DNA from: an uncultured Candidatus Saccharibacteria bacterium
GTDB taxonomy: Bacteria > Patescibacteriota > Minisyncoccia > Phycocordibacterales > PALSA-1337
Reading direction: 5' to 3'
Assembly: GCA_964433125.1 (NCBI GenBank)
Contig: CAYSPX010000004.1
Coordinates: 1-31,184 of the forward strand
Length of the DNA: 31,184 bases
The notes under the pieces were generated by a model. The model had not been told where the DNA came from, made no database searches, and was given only the letters and a program-made list of their open reading frames with translations. Positions within the stretch are counted from its first letter, which is position 1. Each line of letters begins with the position of its first letter. The position numbers were made by a program, and so were the translations under genes. Below are positions 17,007 to 25,713 of the stretch, one piece after another.

Positions 17007-17711
17007 ATGGAGAATAAAACTTTATCTATAATAATTCCAGTTTTTAATGAAAAGAATACTATAGAAGAAATAATAGCCAAAGTTAAAGCTGTAACCATAA
17101 AAAATATAACCAAAGAAATTATTGTTATTGACGACAAATCTACTGATGGAACTACTGATATTTTAAAAAATATTAAAGATATTGTATATATTTGTAAAAA
17201 GGACAATGAGGGTAAGGGTTCAGCTATTAAAATGGGTTTCGATAATGCATCTGGAGATATCTTGGTCATACAGGACGCAGATCTTGAATACGATCCCGAG
17301 GAGTATCCTAGACTTATTAGTCCTATATTAAATAATCGTGCTGATGTAGTTTTTGGCTCTAGATTTATGTCAGGAAAAGATCATGTTGTACTTCGTTTTC
17401 ATCACTATACTGCAAATCGTTTTTTAACGATTTTATCAAATATCTGTTCTGGTATTGCCCTAACTGACATGGAAACAGGCTATAAAGTATTTAGTAAGGA
17501 TGTTTATAAAGCACTAGCTAAAAAACTAATTTCAAAAAGATTTGGAATAGAGCCGGAAATAACAGCTAGAATAGCAAAAATGAACATACGGATATATGAA
17601 ATAGGGATATCTTATCATTCTCGTGGATATATAGATGGGAAAAAAATAAACTGGAAAGATGGCTTTGCTGCTATCTGGCACATAATAAACTACAATTTTT
17701 TTGCAAAATAA
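17007..17711 (+). CDS. GT2 polyprenyl-phosphate glycosyltransferase (DPM1/GtrB-like)
   Basis: SIIIPVFNE, IDDKSTDGT, NEGKGSA, QDADLEYDP, TDMETGYK, RFGIEPEIT. Confidence 0.88.
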   Translation: MENKTLSIIIPVFNEKNTIEEIIAKVKAVTIKNITKEIIVIDDKSTDGTTDILKNIKDIVYICKKDNEGKGSAIKMGFDNASGDILVIQDADLEYDPEEYPRLISPILNNRADVVFGSRFMSGKDHVVLRFHHYTANRFLTILSNICSGIALTDMETGYKVFSKDVYKALAKKLISKRFGIEPEITARIAKMNIRIYEIGISYHSRGYIDGKKINWKDGFAAIWHIINYNFFAK

Positions 17712-17712
17712 A

Positions 17713-19110
17713 ATGAATAAACTTTCAAAAAAGGCTATCATATTAACTTTTACAATAATTGTTTCAGTAAATTTTTTTTATGCTATTACATATAGAATTA
17801 AGCCCGTAGTTGACGCAGAGGCGTATAATGAGATTGCAACGAATATAATAGAGCGAGGTGAGTATAGATCGAATAACACTACTCCACTTTTTTTGGATGG
17901 ATCTATTACACGTATTGGTCCTGGTTATGAATTATTTTTAGCAATTAACTATCTTTTTTGGGGTAAGTATTTTTGGATTATTTGGCTAATGCAATCAATA
18001 TTATTCGCAATAACGATTTTAATATTAGGAACACTGAGTATTAATATCTTTCCTCAATTACAGAATAACCTGAAATATGTTTATACTTCGATGTTTTTTT
18101 TAGGTTTGTTGATTGACATGGTTCAGTTAAATGGAATGTTAATGACTGAATCATTATTTATATTTATATTATCTTTATGTTTTTATATTTTTTATAGAAT
18201 ATTTTATCACGACGAAATTAAACATTGGTATTTATGGACGTTGCTTGGTTTAATGTTAGGTTTATTAACATTAATTAGGCCAACAGGTTTGCTAATTTTT
18301 CTATTATTTACAAGTATTTCTATATACAAACATCGAATGAAATCTATAGTTTTATTAATTAGTCTAATGTTAGCTTTTATTTGCATTCAACTTCCATGGT
18401 TTATAAGAAATTATAAAATATATAATCAATTTATTTTTCACTCTACAGCAGATGGTATGAATTTATTTAGTGGTAATTATCCTGGCAATCATGGTGAATT
18501 TAATTCTGATTTTCCACTTTTTAAAGAATATAAGCAAAAGTATCCAGCTCCTACCGAATTTAATAAAGTGGCTAAAAAATGGTACGTGAATTTTGTACTG
18601 GACACCCCCATTACAGCAATCACTATCTTGTTAGAGAAGACACTCATGATGTTTTCTTTAGCGAAAACATCAGGGTTTTGGTTTCACTATCTAGGTAGAC
18701 CTGATCAAATTATAACAATTATCGTGTCAATATTTCAGAACTTTATACTTTTTTTCCTTATTATTCTATACTATCTAATTGTGATAAAAAAATTCATTAA
18801 AGATAAGATTGTAAACATGGACATTGTAGTATTTGCCACTTCCCTTATTTTAATGCTAACACCGATACTGACAGTTATTTCAAATCGACACAGACTACCA
18901 TTAGTCATTATGTCACTACCTATTTTAGGGTACATGTTTTTTTATCTACACAACAATTTTAAACATATATATAGAGAGATAGCAATTACCATATTAATAA
19001 TATCTATTAGTACTTTTTTTGATATATATATGCAATTTGATAAATTTAAGTTGAGAATGGGTAGTATTAGTATTGAAAATTTTGAAAATCTAACAAACGA
19101 TAATGTTTAA
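17713..19110 (+). CDS. GT-C fold (ArnT/PMT-like, GT39/GT83-type) membrane glycosyltransferase 1
   Basis: Multi-TM protein; DAEAYNEIA in the first loop, PGYELFLA, MTESLF, LIRP, PWFIRNY, RHRLP. Start set at ATG 17713, just after the GT2 stop, rather than TTG 17701. Confidence 0.72.
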   Translation: MNKLSKKAIILTFTIIVSVNFFYAITYRIKPVVDAEAYNEIATNIIERGEYRSNNTTPLFLDGSITRIGPGYELFLAINYLFWGKYFWIIWLMQSILFAITILILGTLSINIFPQLQNNLKYVYTSMFFLGLLIDMVQLNGMLMTESLFIFILSLCFYIFYRIFYHDEIKHWYLWTLLGLMLGLLTLIRPTGLLIFLLFTSISIYKHRMKSIVLLISLMLAFICIQLPWFIRNYKIYNQFIFHSTADGMNLFSGNYPGNHGEFNSDFPLFKEYKQKYPAPTEFNKVAKKWYVNFVLDTPITAITILLEKTLMMFSLAKTSGFWFHYLGRPDQIITIIVSIFQNFILFFLIILYYLIVIKKFIKDKIVNMDIVVFATSLILMLTPILTVISNRHRLPLVIMSLPILGYMFFYLHNNFKHIYREIAITILIISISTFFDIYMQFDKFKLRMGSISIENFENLTNDNV

Positions 19111-20767
19111 AAATATACTCAAACATCCCCTAACATATATATTGTCATTTTCATTGATAATCAGACTAATCATGATAAATTATGGATTACCTTTGTGGTT
19201 ATACAATGATGAACCACCTTACATATTAGGTGCATTAAAGATGTTGCAGTTAAAGACAATACTACCCGTATTACATGAGCAAGAATTTATCTCATTCTTA
19301 TATTATCCACCATATATATGTTACCTATTCTTACCCTTTTTTGTTTTAGTGGCAAGTATTTCTATCATCACATTCGATGGTAGTATGGCAGACTATATTT
19401 CCTATGTAGCAAGTGATCCATCTATTTTCTTTCTAACTGGTAGATTTGTAATTATACTGATAAGTTTACTTTCTATCTATTTTATCTATAGGGTCACAAA
19501 AAATATATTTGGAGAAGAGAAACTAGCACTACTATCCGCTTTTCTTGTATCCACAAGTCTAATACATATACTACTATCAGTTACTAGCAAACAATGGATG
19601 CCTATATTTTTTATATATGTACTTGGATTATATTTCTTATCTAATAAAAACTTATCGGTAAATAAAAGATTTATTTATTCTTCTATTGTAACCGGAATTG
19701 GTACTGGTATAAGTACAATTACGATATTATTTGTGATAGTTATGTTCTTTTGGTATATTTTTGTGGAAGATAAGCGACTTAAAGAACTTTTGACTGGTAG
19801 CCTCTTTTACAAAGTAAGCATAATATTAATTACATTATCTATATTACCCGCCATCATTTATCCAGCTAGTTTCGGTTTTGCTCCAGATATGACCATCGAT
19901 AGATCAAAAGATATGTATGGTGTTATTACTAGCCCCTTATTTTTTAATCTACGATTACTTAGAACAGAACCTGTTATATTTATATTATTTCTAATTGGGT
20001 TATTTTTTGGATTTAAGAAAAATAAACCCTTTTATATTGTTTCTATATCGTTTATTTATCTTTATAGTATAATATTTTATATTTTTTTTAGATTTGAATA
20101 TAGATTTCTAATGCCAATTATTGTCTTTTTATGTATAGGTGCGAGCTATGGATACAATATTTTACAATATAAAATGTCGAAAAGGTCCAGTTTATTTATT
20201 CTGATCACAGTAGTTATATTTAGTTTGGCAACCTCAATAAGAATTAGCTATCTTGGATATGTAAATGATTCTAGAGTATTAGTAAAAGAATGGATGGATG
20301 CAAATACAAAGCCAGACACCAAAGTAATTGTCTACGCTAATTTAATGAGACTGCCCAATAGTATTGAAGGTATTAATGAACAATATTTTATAGATCCAAA
20401 TTCCCTAAGGACGAATGATAAGAATGAGAAGGTGCTAGATAAAAAATTGAGGTTTGGAAACGTATACCACGCACTAAATTTGTACACAGTAAAAAATGAA
20501 AATTTCTACAACTCAATTGTAGACTATGCAAAGAATAATAATTATGAGTATCTGATAATAAGTAAGCAGGATTTTTTAAATGATCAATCTCAATTTAAAA
20601 AAATGAGGAAATTAACTGAAAATGCTATACTGTTAGATAAGTTTGGAAATAATGAACGAGACTATTCACTTGGTAAGACTGAGATTGGACCAACATTATT
20701 ACCCTTATTTAAAATTAACGAATTTGGTCCCGAAATTGAAATATATAAAATAACCATAAAAAATTAA
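19103..20767 (+). CDS. GT-C fold (ArnT/PMT-like) membrane glycosyltransferase 2 with soluble C-terminal domain
   Basis: GLPLWLYNDEP acidic first-loop motif, YPP, GRF, RFLMP; about 11 TM segments followed by a hydrophilic domain. Confidence 0.72.
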   Translation: MFKNILKHPLTYILSFSLIIRLIMINYGLPLWLYNDEPPYILGALKMLQLKTILPVLHEQEFISFLYYPPYICYLFLPFFVLVASISIITFDGSMADYISYVASDPSIFFLTGRFVIILISLLSIYFIYRVTKNIFGEEKLALLSAFLVSTSLIHILLSVTSKQWMPIFFIYVLGLYFLSNKNLSVNKRFIYSSIVTGIGTGISTITILFVIVMFFWYIFVEDKRLKELLTGSLFYKVSIILITLSILPAIIYPASFGFAPDMTIDRSKDMYGVITSPLFFNLRLLRTEPVIFILFLIGLFFGFKKNKPFYIVSISFIYLYSIIFYIFFRFEYRFLMPIIVFLCIGASYGYNILQYKMSKRSSLFILITVVIFSLATSIRISYLGYVNDSRVLVKEWMDANTKPDTKVIVYANLMRLPNSIEGINEQYFIDPNSLRTNDKNEKVLDKKLRFGNVYHALNLYTVKNENFYNSIVDYAKNNNYEYLIISKQDFLNDQSQFKKMRKLTENAILLDKFGNNERDYSLGKTEIGPTLLPLFKINEFGPEIEIYKITIKN

Positions 20768-21547
20768 ATGAAAATAGCTATAGTAATTCCAACCCTCAAT
20801 GAATCGAAGATAATACGGACACTTCTAGACTCAATCATTCTTGAGGTAGGTAAAAATACAAGACATACATTTGTAATAATTGTTGTAGATAGTAAATCTA
20901 TAGATGGTACGTCGGATATAGTAATAAATATGACAAAAAATTACCCGAATATTGTTTTATTAACAGAAGAGAGAAGAGGTTTAGGATATGCGTATTTACA
21001 CGGAATAAATTATGCAATTAATGAGCTTAAAGTAGATGCGTTCATGGAATTTGATGGTGATTACCAGCATGACCCAAAAGATATCAATAGATTAGTAAAC
21101 AAATTAGATGAAGGATATGATTATGTAATAGGGTCCAGATATATTATGAATGGCAGTATACCAAAGGAATGGCCTTGGTACAGAAAAGTGTTGAGCTACT
21201 TAGGTAACTTAATCATACGAGCGGGTTTAAATATAAAAGTAAGTGATGCAACATCTGGTTTTAAACTTTCAAGAGTTTCAGGTTTTAAATATAAAATTCC
21301 ACTACAAAATAAAGAATTGATTTCATACAGACATGCATATAAAATACATTTTTTATATTGCATGATAAAAGGTGGAGCAAAAACAACCGAAGTACCTATA
21401 GTTTTTCTAAACCGTAGTAATGGAATATCCAAGAGCACCTTTGAGGATGTGATTGAATCGTTACGAGTTATATATGTTCTCAATATTAGGAATCTCTTGT
21501 GGATTATTTCTAAAAATAAAAAGCGAATAAATATAAAAACTACTTAA
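20768..21547 (+). CDS. GT2 polyprenol-monophospho-sugar synthase (Ppm1/DPM1-like)
   Basis: IVIPTLNE, VDSKSIDGT, GLGYAY, FDGDYQHDP, VIGSRY, DATSGFK, EVPIVFLNRSNGISK. Confidence 0.88.
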   Translation: MKIAIVIPTLNESKIIRTLLDSIILEVGKNTRHTFVIIVVDSKSIDGTSDIVINMTKNYPNIVLLTEERRGLGYAYLHGINYAINELKVDAFMEFDGDYQHDPKDINRLVNKLDEGYDYVIGSRYIMNGSIPKEWPWYRKVLSYLGNLIIRAGLNIKVSDATSGFKLSRVSGFKYKIPLQNKELISYRHAYKIHFLYCMIKGGAKTTEVPIVFLNRSNGISKSTFEDVIESLRVIYVLNIRNLLWIISKNKKRINIKTT

Positions 21548-21883
21548 TGCAATAAGTCCAGAAGTAATTATTTGACTAATGATATAGTGTAATCCAAGAA
21601 ACTCAACAAATAAAAAAACTAGTATAGTATTGAGTATTAGATTGATGGCAGATACTAAAAAATATTTTGATGCTTGAGAATTTATTTTTTTACTATCATC
21701 ACCGAAGGTCCAGTATTTCTGTAAAGTAAAACTAACTATAAATGCTACTAGGAAAGCAATAACGGCTGAGAGAATGTATGTTATATTCAGCTTTTCGACC
21801 AACATATATAATATGACCAAGTCAACTATAGCAGCGGTACCTCCAGAGATAATATATCTAATTATTTTAAATATATTATGCAT
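21461..21883 (-). CDS. gtrA: GtrA-family 4-TM polyprenyl-phosphate-sugar flippase
   Basis: 140 aa, four hydrophobic helices; RYIISGGTAAIVD, FTLQKYWTF, KYFLVSAINL. Confidence 0.88.
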   Translation of the reverse strand: MHNIFKIIRYIISGGTAAIVDLVILYMLVEKLNITYILSAVIAFLVAFIVSFTLQKYWTFGDDSKKINSQASKYFLVSAINLILNTILVFLFVEFLGLHYIISQIITSGLIALSSFYIYSLFIFRNNPQEIPNIENIYNS

Positions 21884-22572
21884 TAATTTTTAATTATCAC
21901 ACATTGTCCTATAGTGGTTATTATAGGTTTTTCTATTTTTCCAATTAAAAACTCATCAATTGCTTTTTTGACACCTGGGGTATTTTTACCCATGTAGTCA
22001 TCGAATATTATAAATCCTCCATCTATCATCTTTGGATAGAAAAAAATTAGTGAATCTAGTACTGATTGATAAATATCAACATCAATATACACAAAAGAAA
22101 ATTTTTCATTAATTGCACACATTGCTGTTTCCGGGAAAAATCCCTCACAGAATTTTATGTTAGAAAAATCCTTAAATAATTCCTTAACCCCAATCAAGGA
22201 TGTGTTACTGAAATCTCCTTTTTTATGCAAATCAATATTTTTATTAACTTCTGGCATTCCTGTAAAAGTATCAAATAGGTAGAATGACTTATTACCATCT
22301 TTTGCTGATACTGCAATCAATTTTGCCGAACCACCACGAAATACCCCGACCTGAGCAAATACTCCATTTAAAAGTTTTGCTTGCTCTGAAAACTGCCACA
22401 GCATAAATAACCTATCTCGATCAAGCATTGTAAATGACTTTACAATACTATATGTATTTTCAAACTTACTATCATTTGCCCAAGAAACAAAATCAAGCCT
22501 GGTATTATTTCTGCTAATTGAATAGCCTATCTTTTTAAACAACCACACGATAAATCTTTTTACTATTTTCAT
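21883..22572 (-). CDS. TylF/MycF/NovP-family sugar O-methyltransferase
   Basis: QVGVFRGGS, YLFDTFTGMP, GFFPET, YIDVDIYQS, IIFDDY. Confidence 0.85.
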   Translation of the reverse strand: MKIVKRFIVWLFKKIGYSISRNNTRLDFVSWANDSKFENTYSIVKSFTMLDRDRLFMLWQFSEQAKLLNGVFAQVGVFRGGSAKLIAVSAKDGNKSFYLFDTFTGMPEVNKNIDLHKKGDFSNTSLIGVKELFKDFSNIKFCEGFFPETAMCAINEKFSFVYIDVDIYQSVLDSLIFFYPKMIDGGFIIFDDYMGKNTPGVKKAIDEFLIGKIEKPIITTIGQCVIIKN

Positions 22573-22578
22573 ATTCTA

Positions 22579-23172
22579 TTATTTTACAGCATATAAATAA
22601 TAACCGGAAGTTGTAGTTCTTGATTCAGTTTTAAATACACTATCCATAAATGTACCTAGTGGTTCAATTATAAATTTCAATCTATGTTGCATAGGAATAA
22701 AGAAAAATAGTGTTTTAAAATAACCACCCCTTTTAACTAATTCAACTCTCGAAAAATCGGCAAACATAAAAAATAGTGTATCATCAAAAAACCTCCAATA
22801 ATCTGGGTAGGAGCCCTTTCTTGCGTGATATGGATAAATTGATGGAACATATACAAAAATCTTACCTCCCGGTTTAAGCACGCGTCTAAGCTCTATAACT
22901 GCTCTAATTGGATCTTTTACATGCTCAAGCACAGAACTACATATAATTGCATCCAAACTATCTGATTTTAAGGGTATATTATGTATATCACCGACAACAT
23001 CAGCCCCCGTCTTACTATCATAATCCATTGTCATGTAATTTGTCTTATCAAATAACTTTTTATATGGCAACAGCCATTTTTGGAAACGATCACCACCACC
23101 AATATCCAAAATATCCATTTCTTTACTTATCTCATGCATTTTATCATCAACAAATTTTTGATATTTAGACAT
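22579..23172 (-). CDS. Class I SAM-dependent methyltransferase (type 11-like)
   Basis: LDIGGG, GDIHNIPL, SSVLEHV, LKPGG. Start moved to ATG 23172 (MSKYQ), 1 nt after the upstream stop. Confidence 0.83.
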   Translation of the reverse strand: MSKYQKFVDDKMHEISKEMDILDIGGGDRFQKWLLPYKKLFDKTNYMTMDYDSKTGADVVGDIHNIPLKSDSLDAIICSSVLEHVKDPIRAVIELRRVLKPGGKIFVYVPSIYPYHARKGSYPDYWRFFDDTLFFMFADFSRVELVKRGGYFKTLFFFIPMQHRLKFIIEPLGTFMDSVFKTESRTTTSGYYLYAVK

Positions 23173-23173
23173 A

Positions 23174-23818
23174 TTATTTTTTATTCTTAGCAATAAAACA
23201 CAGGTCAAATGCAAATAATTGTGGAAATTTTCTTGCAATAAACCCCAATCTTCCTATTCCGACAATCTCAACATCAAAAAAATATTGTGATAACAAACCT
23301 TTCAGTTCATTAGAGGAAAAATGATTTATATGAGTTGGATCAGATAAAGGAGTATATTTTTTATTTGCAAAAATATACTTAATCCTATTTTTTAAACTAA
23401 AAGCATTTGGAACTGAACCTATAAAAAAACCGTCCTTCTTTAGAATATTAGAAACTTTCATAATAACTCTATCTGGATAAAAAACATGTTCAAGAAACTC
23501 CCCCGCTACCACTACATCAAATTTTCTATCACCAAGATGAGTCCATTCTGATTGAATATCAAACGTAGCTGTCTCTATCTCTAAATTTTTTGCTGCCCTT
23601 GCTAAACTAATTTGGTCTATATCTACTCCCATTACTTTATTACCTTTTACAAAAAAAGAAGTAAGTGCTCCATCCCTACAACCTAAGTCAAGAATATCTT
23701 TACCTTTACCAATTATTTTAGAGAAAAGGATACCCCTATCTGACTTCATCACACTAAACCCTTCTTCTCTCGCATTACCATGATGATCCTCGTACATTTT
23801 TTTTAATGATTCTGACAT
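23174..23818 (-). CDS. Class I SAM-dependent methyltransferase
   Basis: LDLGCRDG, GVDID, FDVVVAGEFLEHV, SVPN, HINHFS. Confidence 0.85.
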   Translation of the reverse strand: MSESLKKMYEDHHGNAREEGFSVMKSDRGILFSKIIGKGKDILDLGCRDGALTSFFVKGNKVMGVDIDQISLARAAKNLEIETATFDIQSEWTHLGDRKFDVVVAGEFLEHVFYPDRVIMKVSNILKKDGFFIGSVPNAFSLKNRIKYIFANKKYTPLSDPTHINHFSSNELKGLLSQYFFDVEIVGIGRLGFIARKFPQLFAFDLCFIAKNKK

Positions 23819-23827
23819 ATACTTTAA

Positions 23828-24856
23828 TTATACAATATTTGATATTTTATTACTAAGCTCTATTAAGCTATGCTTTTTAACGAAATTTTGTAATTTATTG
23901 ACTGCTTTTAACCTTTCCTCTGGTGTGTATGAGAGTAGTATCTTAATTTTTTGAGTAAGGTCATCCACATCACCTTCATTAAAAATATGACAATCGTCAA
24001 TTTGACCTATTAAATTCCTATTTGAAGCTAAAATCAGACATCCGCAAGCAATTGCCTCAAATATAGTTTTGTCGTACATACCACTCGATGAAAGATTAAC
24101 AAATATATCATGACTTGAATATACAGCGACGGTTTCAATATTTGGGATACCTTTATGAAATCTGATAAATGAATTTTGGTTATTTTTACTAACACTTTCT
24201 CTCAAACCATTATAATATTCGTAATCTTTTAAAAGAGGATCTCCATATATAGAACAAGTCATATTTATAAATTCTTTTTTAATTTTAGTGACAACAGAAA
24301 TCAACATATGAGGTCTTTTTACTGGTGATATTCTGCCTAGAAATAAAATACTCTGTTTTAATCTATTGGAATTGATGCTTTCCTTGAAGTTAACAAGGTC
24401 CACACCAACTGGCATTATTTGAGTCTTTTTATATTTAGCTGTATATGAAAAAACTGAAGTGCAAAAAACTTTTTTACAGAATAAAGCCGCTATGTCTGTA
24501 AGTATCGTGCCATCGTGGTGGTTTCTCCACATAAAGATATCTTTATTTAATATAAACCAAATTAAAGATCCCAATAATACGTACTCCTGATTCATGTGAA
24601 CAAAAACCTTATCGTAATTTTTATTTTCTAGCAAAATATACTTATAAAAGTTTAATATGTATTTAATTTTTAGAACACCCCTTTCCTTTCCCAATGAGAG
24701 AACTTTGACATTATTTGGTAATTTATATTTACCTTTATATAAACATATTACCTGAATCGACTCATAACTTTTTGAAAATTCAACGACCCACTGATGAAAA
24801 AATCCCAAGATTGGATCATTGATATCTATTTTTTGGGTTACTATTAACAACTTCAT
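23828..24856 (-). CDS. GT4 glycosyltransferase
   Basis: PVGVD, LFLGRISPVK, DKTIFEAIACG. Confidence 0.85.
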   Translation of the reverse strand: MKLLIVTQKIDINDPILGFFHQWVVEFSKSYESIQVICLYKGKYKLPNNVKVLSLGKERGVLKIKYILNFYKYILLENKNYDKVFVHMNQEYVLLGSLIWFILNKDIFMWRNHHDGTILTDIAALFCKKVFCTSVFSYTAKYKKTQIMPVGVDLVNFKESINSNRLKQSILFLGRISPVKRPHMLISVVTKIKKEFINMTCSIYGDPLLKDYEYYNGLRESVSKNNQNSFIRFHKGIPNIETVAVYSSHDIFVNLSSSGMYDKTIFEAIACGCLILASNRNLIGQIDDCHIFNEGDVDDLTQKIKILLSYTPEERLKAVNKLQNFVKKHSLIELSNKISNIV

Positions 24857-24858
24857 AA

Positions 24859-25707
24859 TTATTTATTGTATACTTGTTCTAGAATATCCATATCCTTATT
24901 TGTTGAGTTAAGTAGATCAATATTTTTTTCTTCCAAAGCCTTCAATACTGATATTCCAAGTTTATCATCTGACATTGCTTGTTCATAAGACTGTCTGAAA
25001 GCTGCAAAGTCTTTTATAAAGCATCGCCCTCCAGCACCTCTACCTGTCTTATGTACAGGATTAAAATAAGTAGAACTTTTCTCTGTATCGGCATCAATCG
25101 CAGACTTTATATTTTCCCAACTAGCACCGTGTGACTTTGCAAGATCATAAAGTAAATTACCAAACACAACAGTTACAAAACCTAAGCAATTGTGTGCGTA
25201 TTTTATAACCTCTGCCTCCTCTGCAGAACAGATAATTTCAAATGGTGACTTTGGTAACAGACTCAAAACTAGTTTTGCAGCATTTCTATTCTTATCGTCT
25301 TGTACAGATATTCCAACAATATTTCTTGTAGGATTTGCTGCCTCAAATGCTGCAGTTTTTTCACTAAGAAACTCTGGTGAATGCATAACTATAATATCCG
25401 TAAATTTACTTTGTAAGATCTTAGTAGTTCCAGGAATTATTGTAGACTTTATAACAGCTATTTTACCTTTACCGATCAAACTTAGAGTAGATTCTATAAT
25501 TGAATAATCAAAACCTTGTTTTGTAGTAGGGGTTGGTACTGCAATAAACACCACATCGCAATCCTTTATAAGATCTTTATTGTTTACATGATCAGGCTCT
25601 TGTGAATATCGAACAACCTTATACCCACGATTTTCAAAATCATCACTATAATTTTTACCAACAAAACCTTGTCCCACAAAACCAATTTTAAGATTTTCTT
25701 TATTCAT
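24859..25707 (-). CDS. UDP-glucose/GDP-mannose dehydrogenase family protein, short form lacking the C-terminal domain
   Basis: GFVGQGFVG, FIAVPTP, KSTIIPGTT, SPEFLSE, AEVIKYAHN, GAGGRCFIKD (catalytic Cys motif); only 282 aa. Confidence 0.82.
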   Translation of the reverse strand: MNKENLKIGFVGQGFVGKNYSDDFENRGYKVVRYSQEPDHVNNKDLIKDCDVVFIAVPTPTTKQGFDYSIIESTLSLIGKGKIAVIKSTIIPGTTKILQSKFTDIIVMHSPEFLSEKTAAFEAANPTRNIVGISVQDDKNRNAAKLVLSLLPKSPFEIICSAEEAEVIKYAHNCLGFVTVVFGNLLYDLAKSHGASWENIKSAIDADTEKSSTYFNPVHKTGRGAGGRCFIKDFAAFRQSYEQAMSDDKLGISVLKALEEKNIDLLNSTNKDMDILEQVYNK

Positions 25708-25713
25708 TTTAAT

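Noticed and set aside
23174-23238. Apparent 65-bp same-strand overlap between two methyltransferases
   Set aside because: It comes from an upstream TTG; ATG 23172 sits 1 nt after the upstream stop, in keeping with the operon's tight spacing.
24859-25707. Frameshifted or pseudogene ugd
   Set aside because: An intact GT4 begins 2 bp after the stop, so no displaced C-terminal domain follows, and the catalytic motifs are intact.
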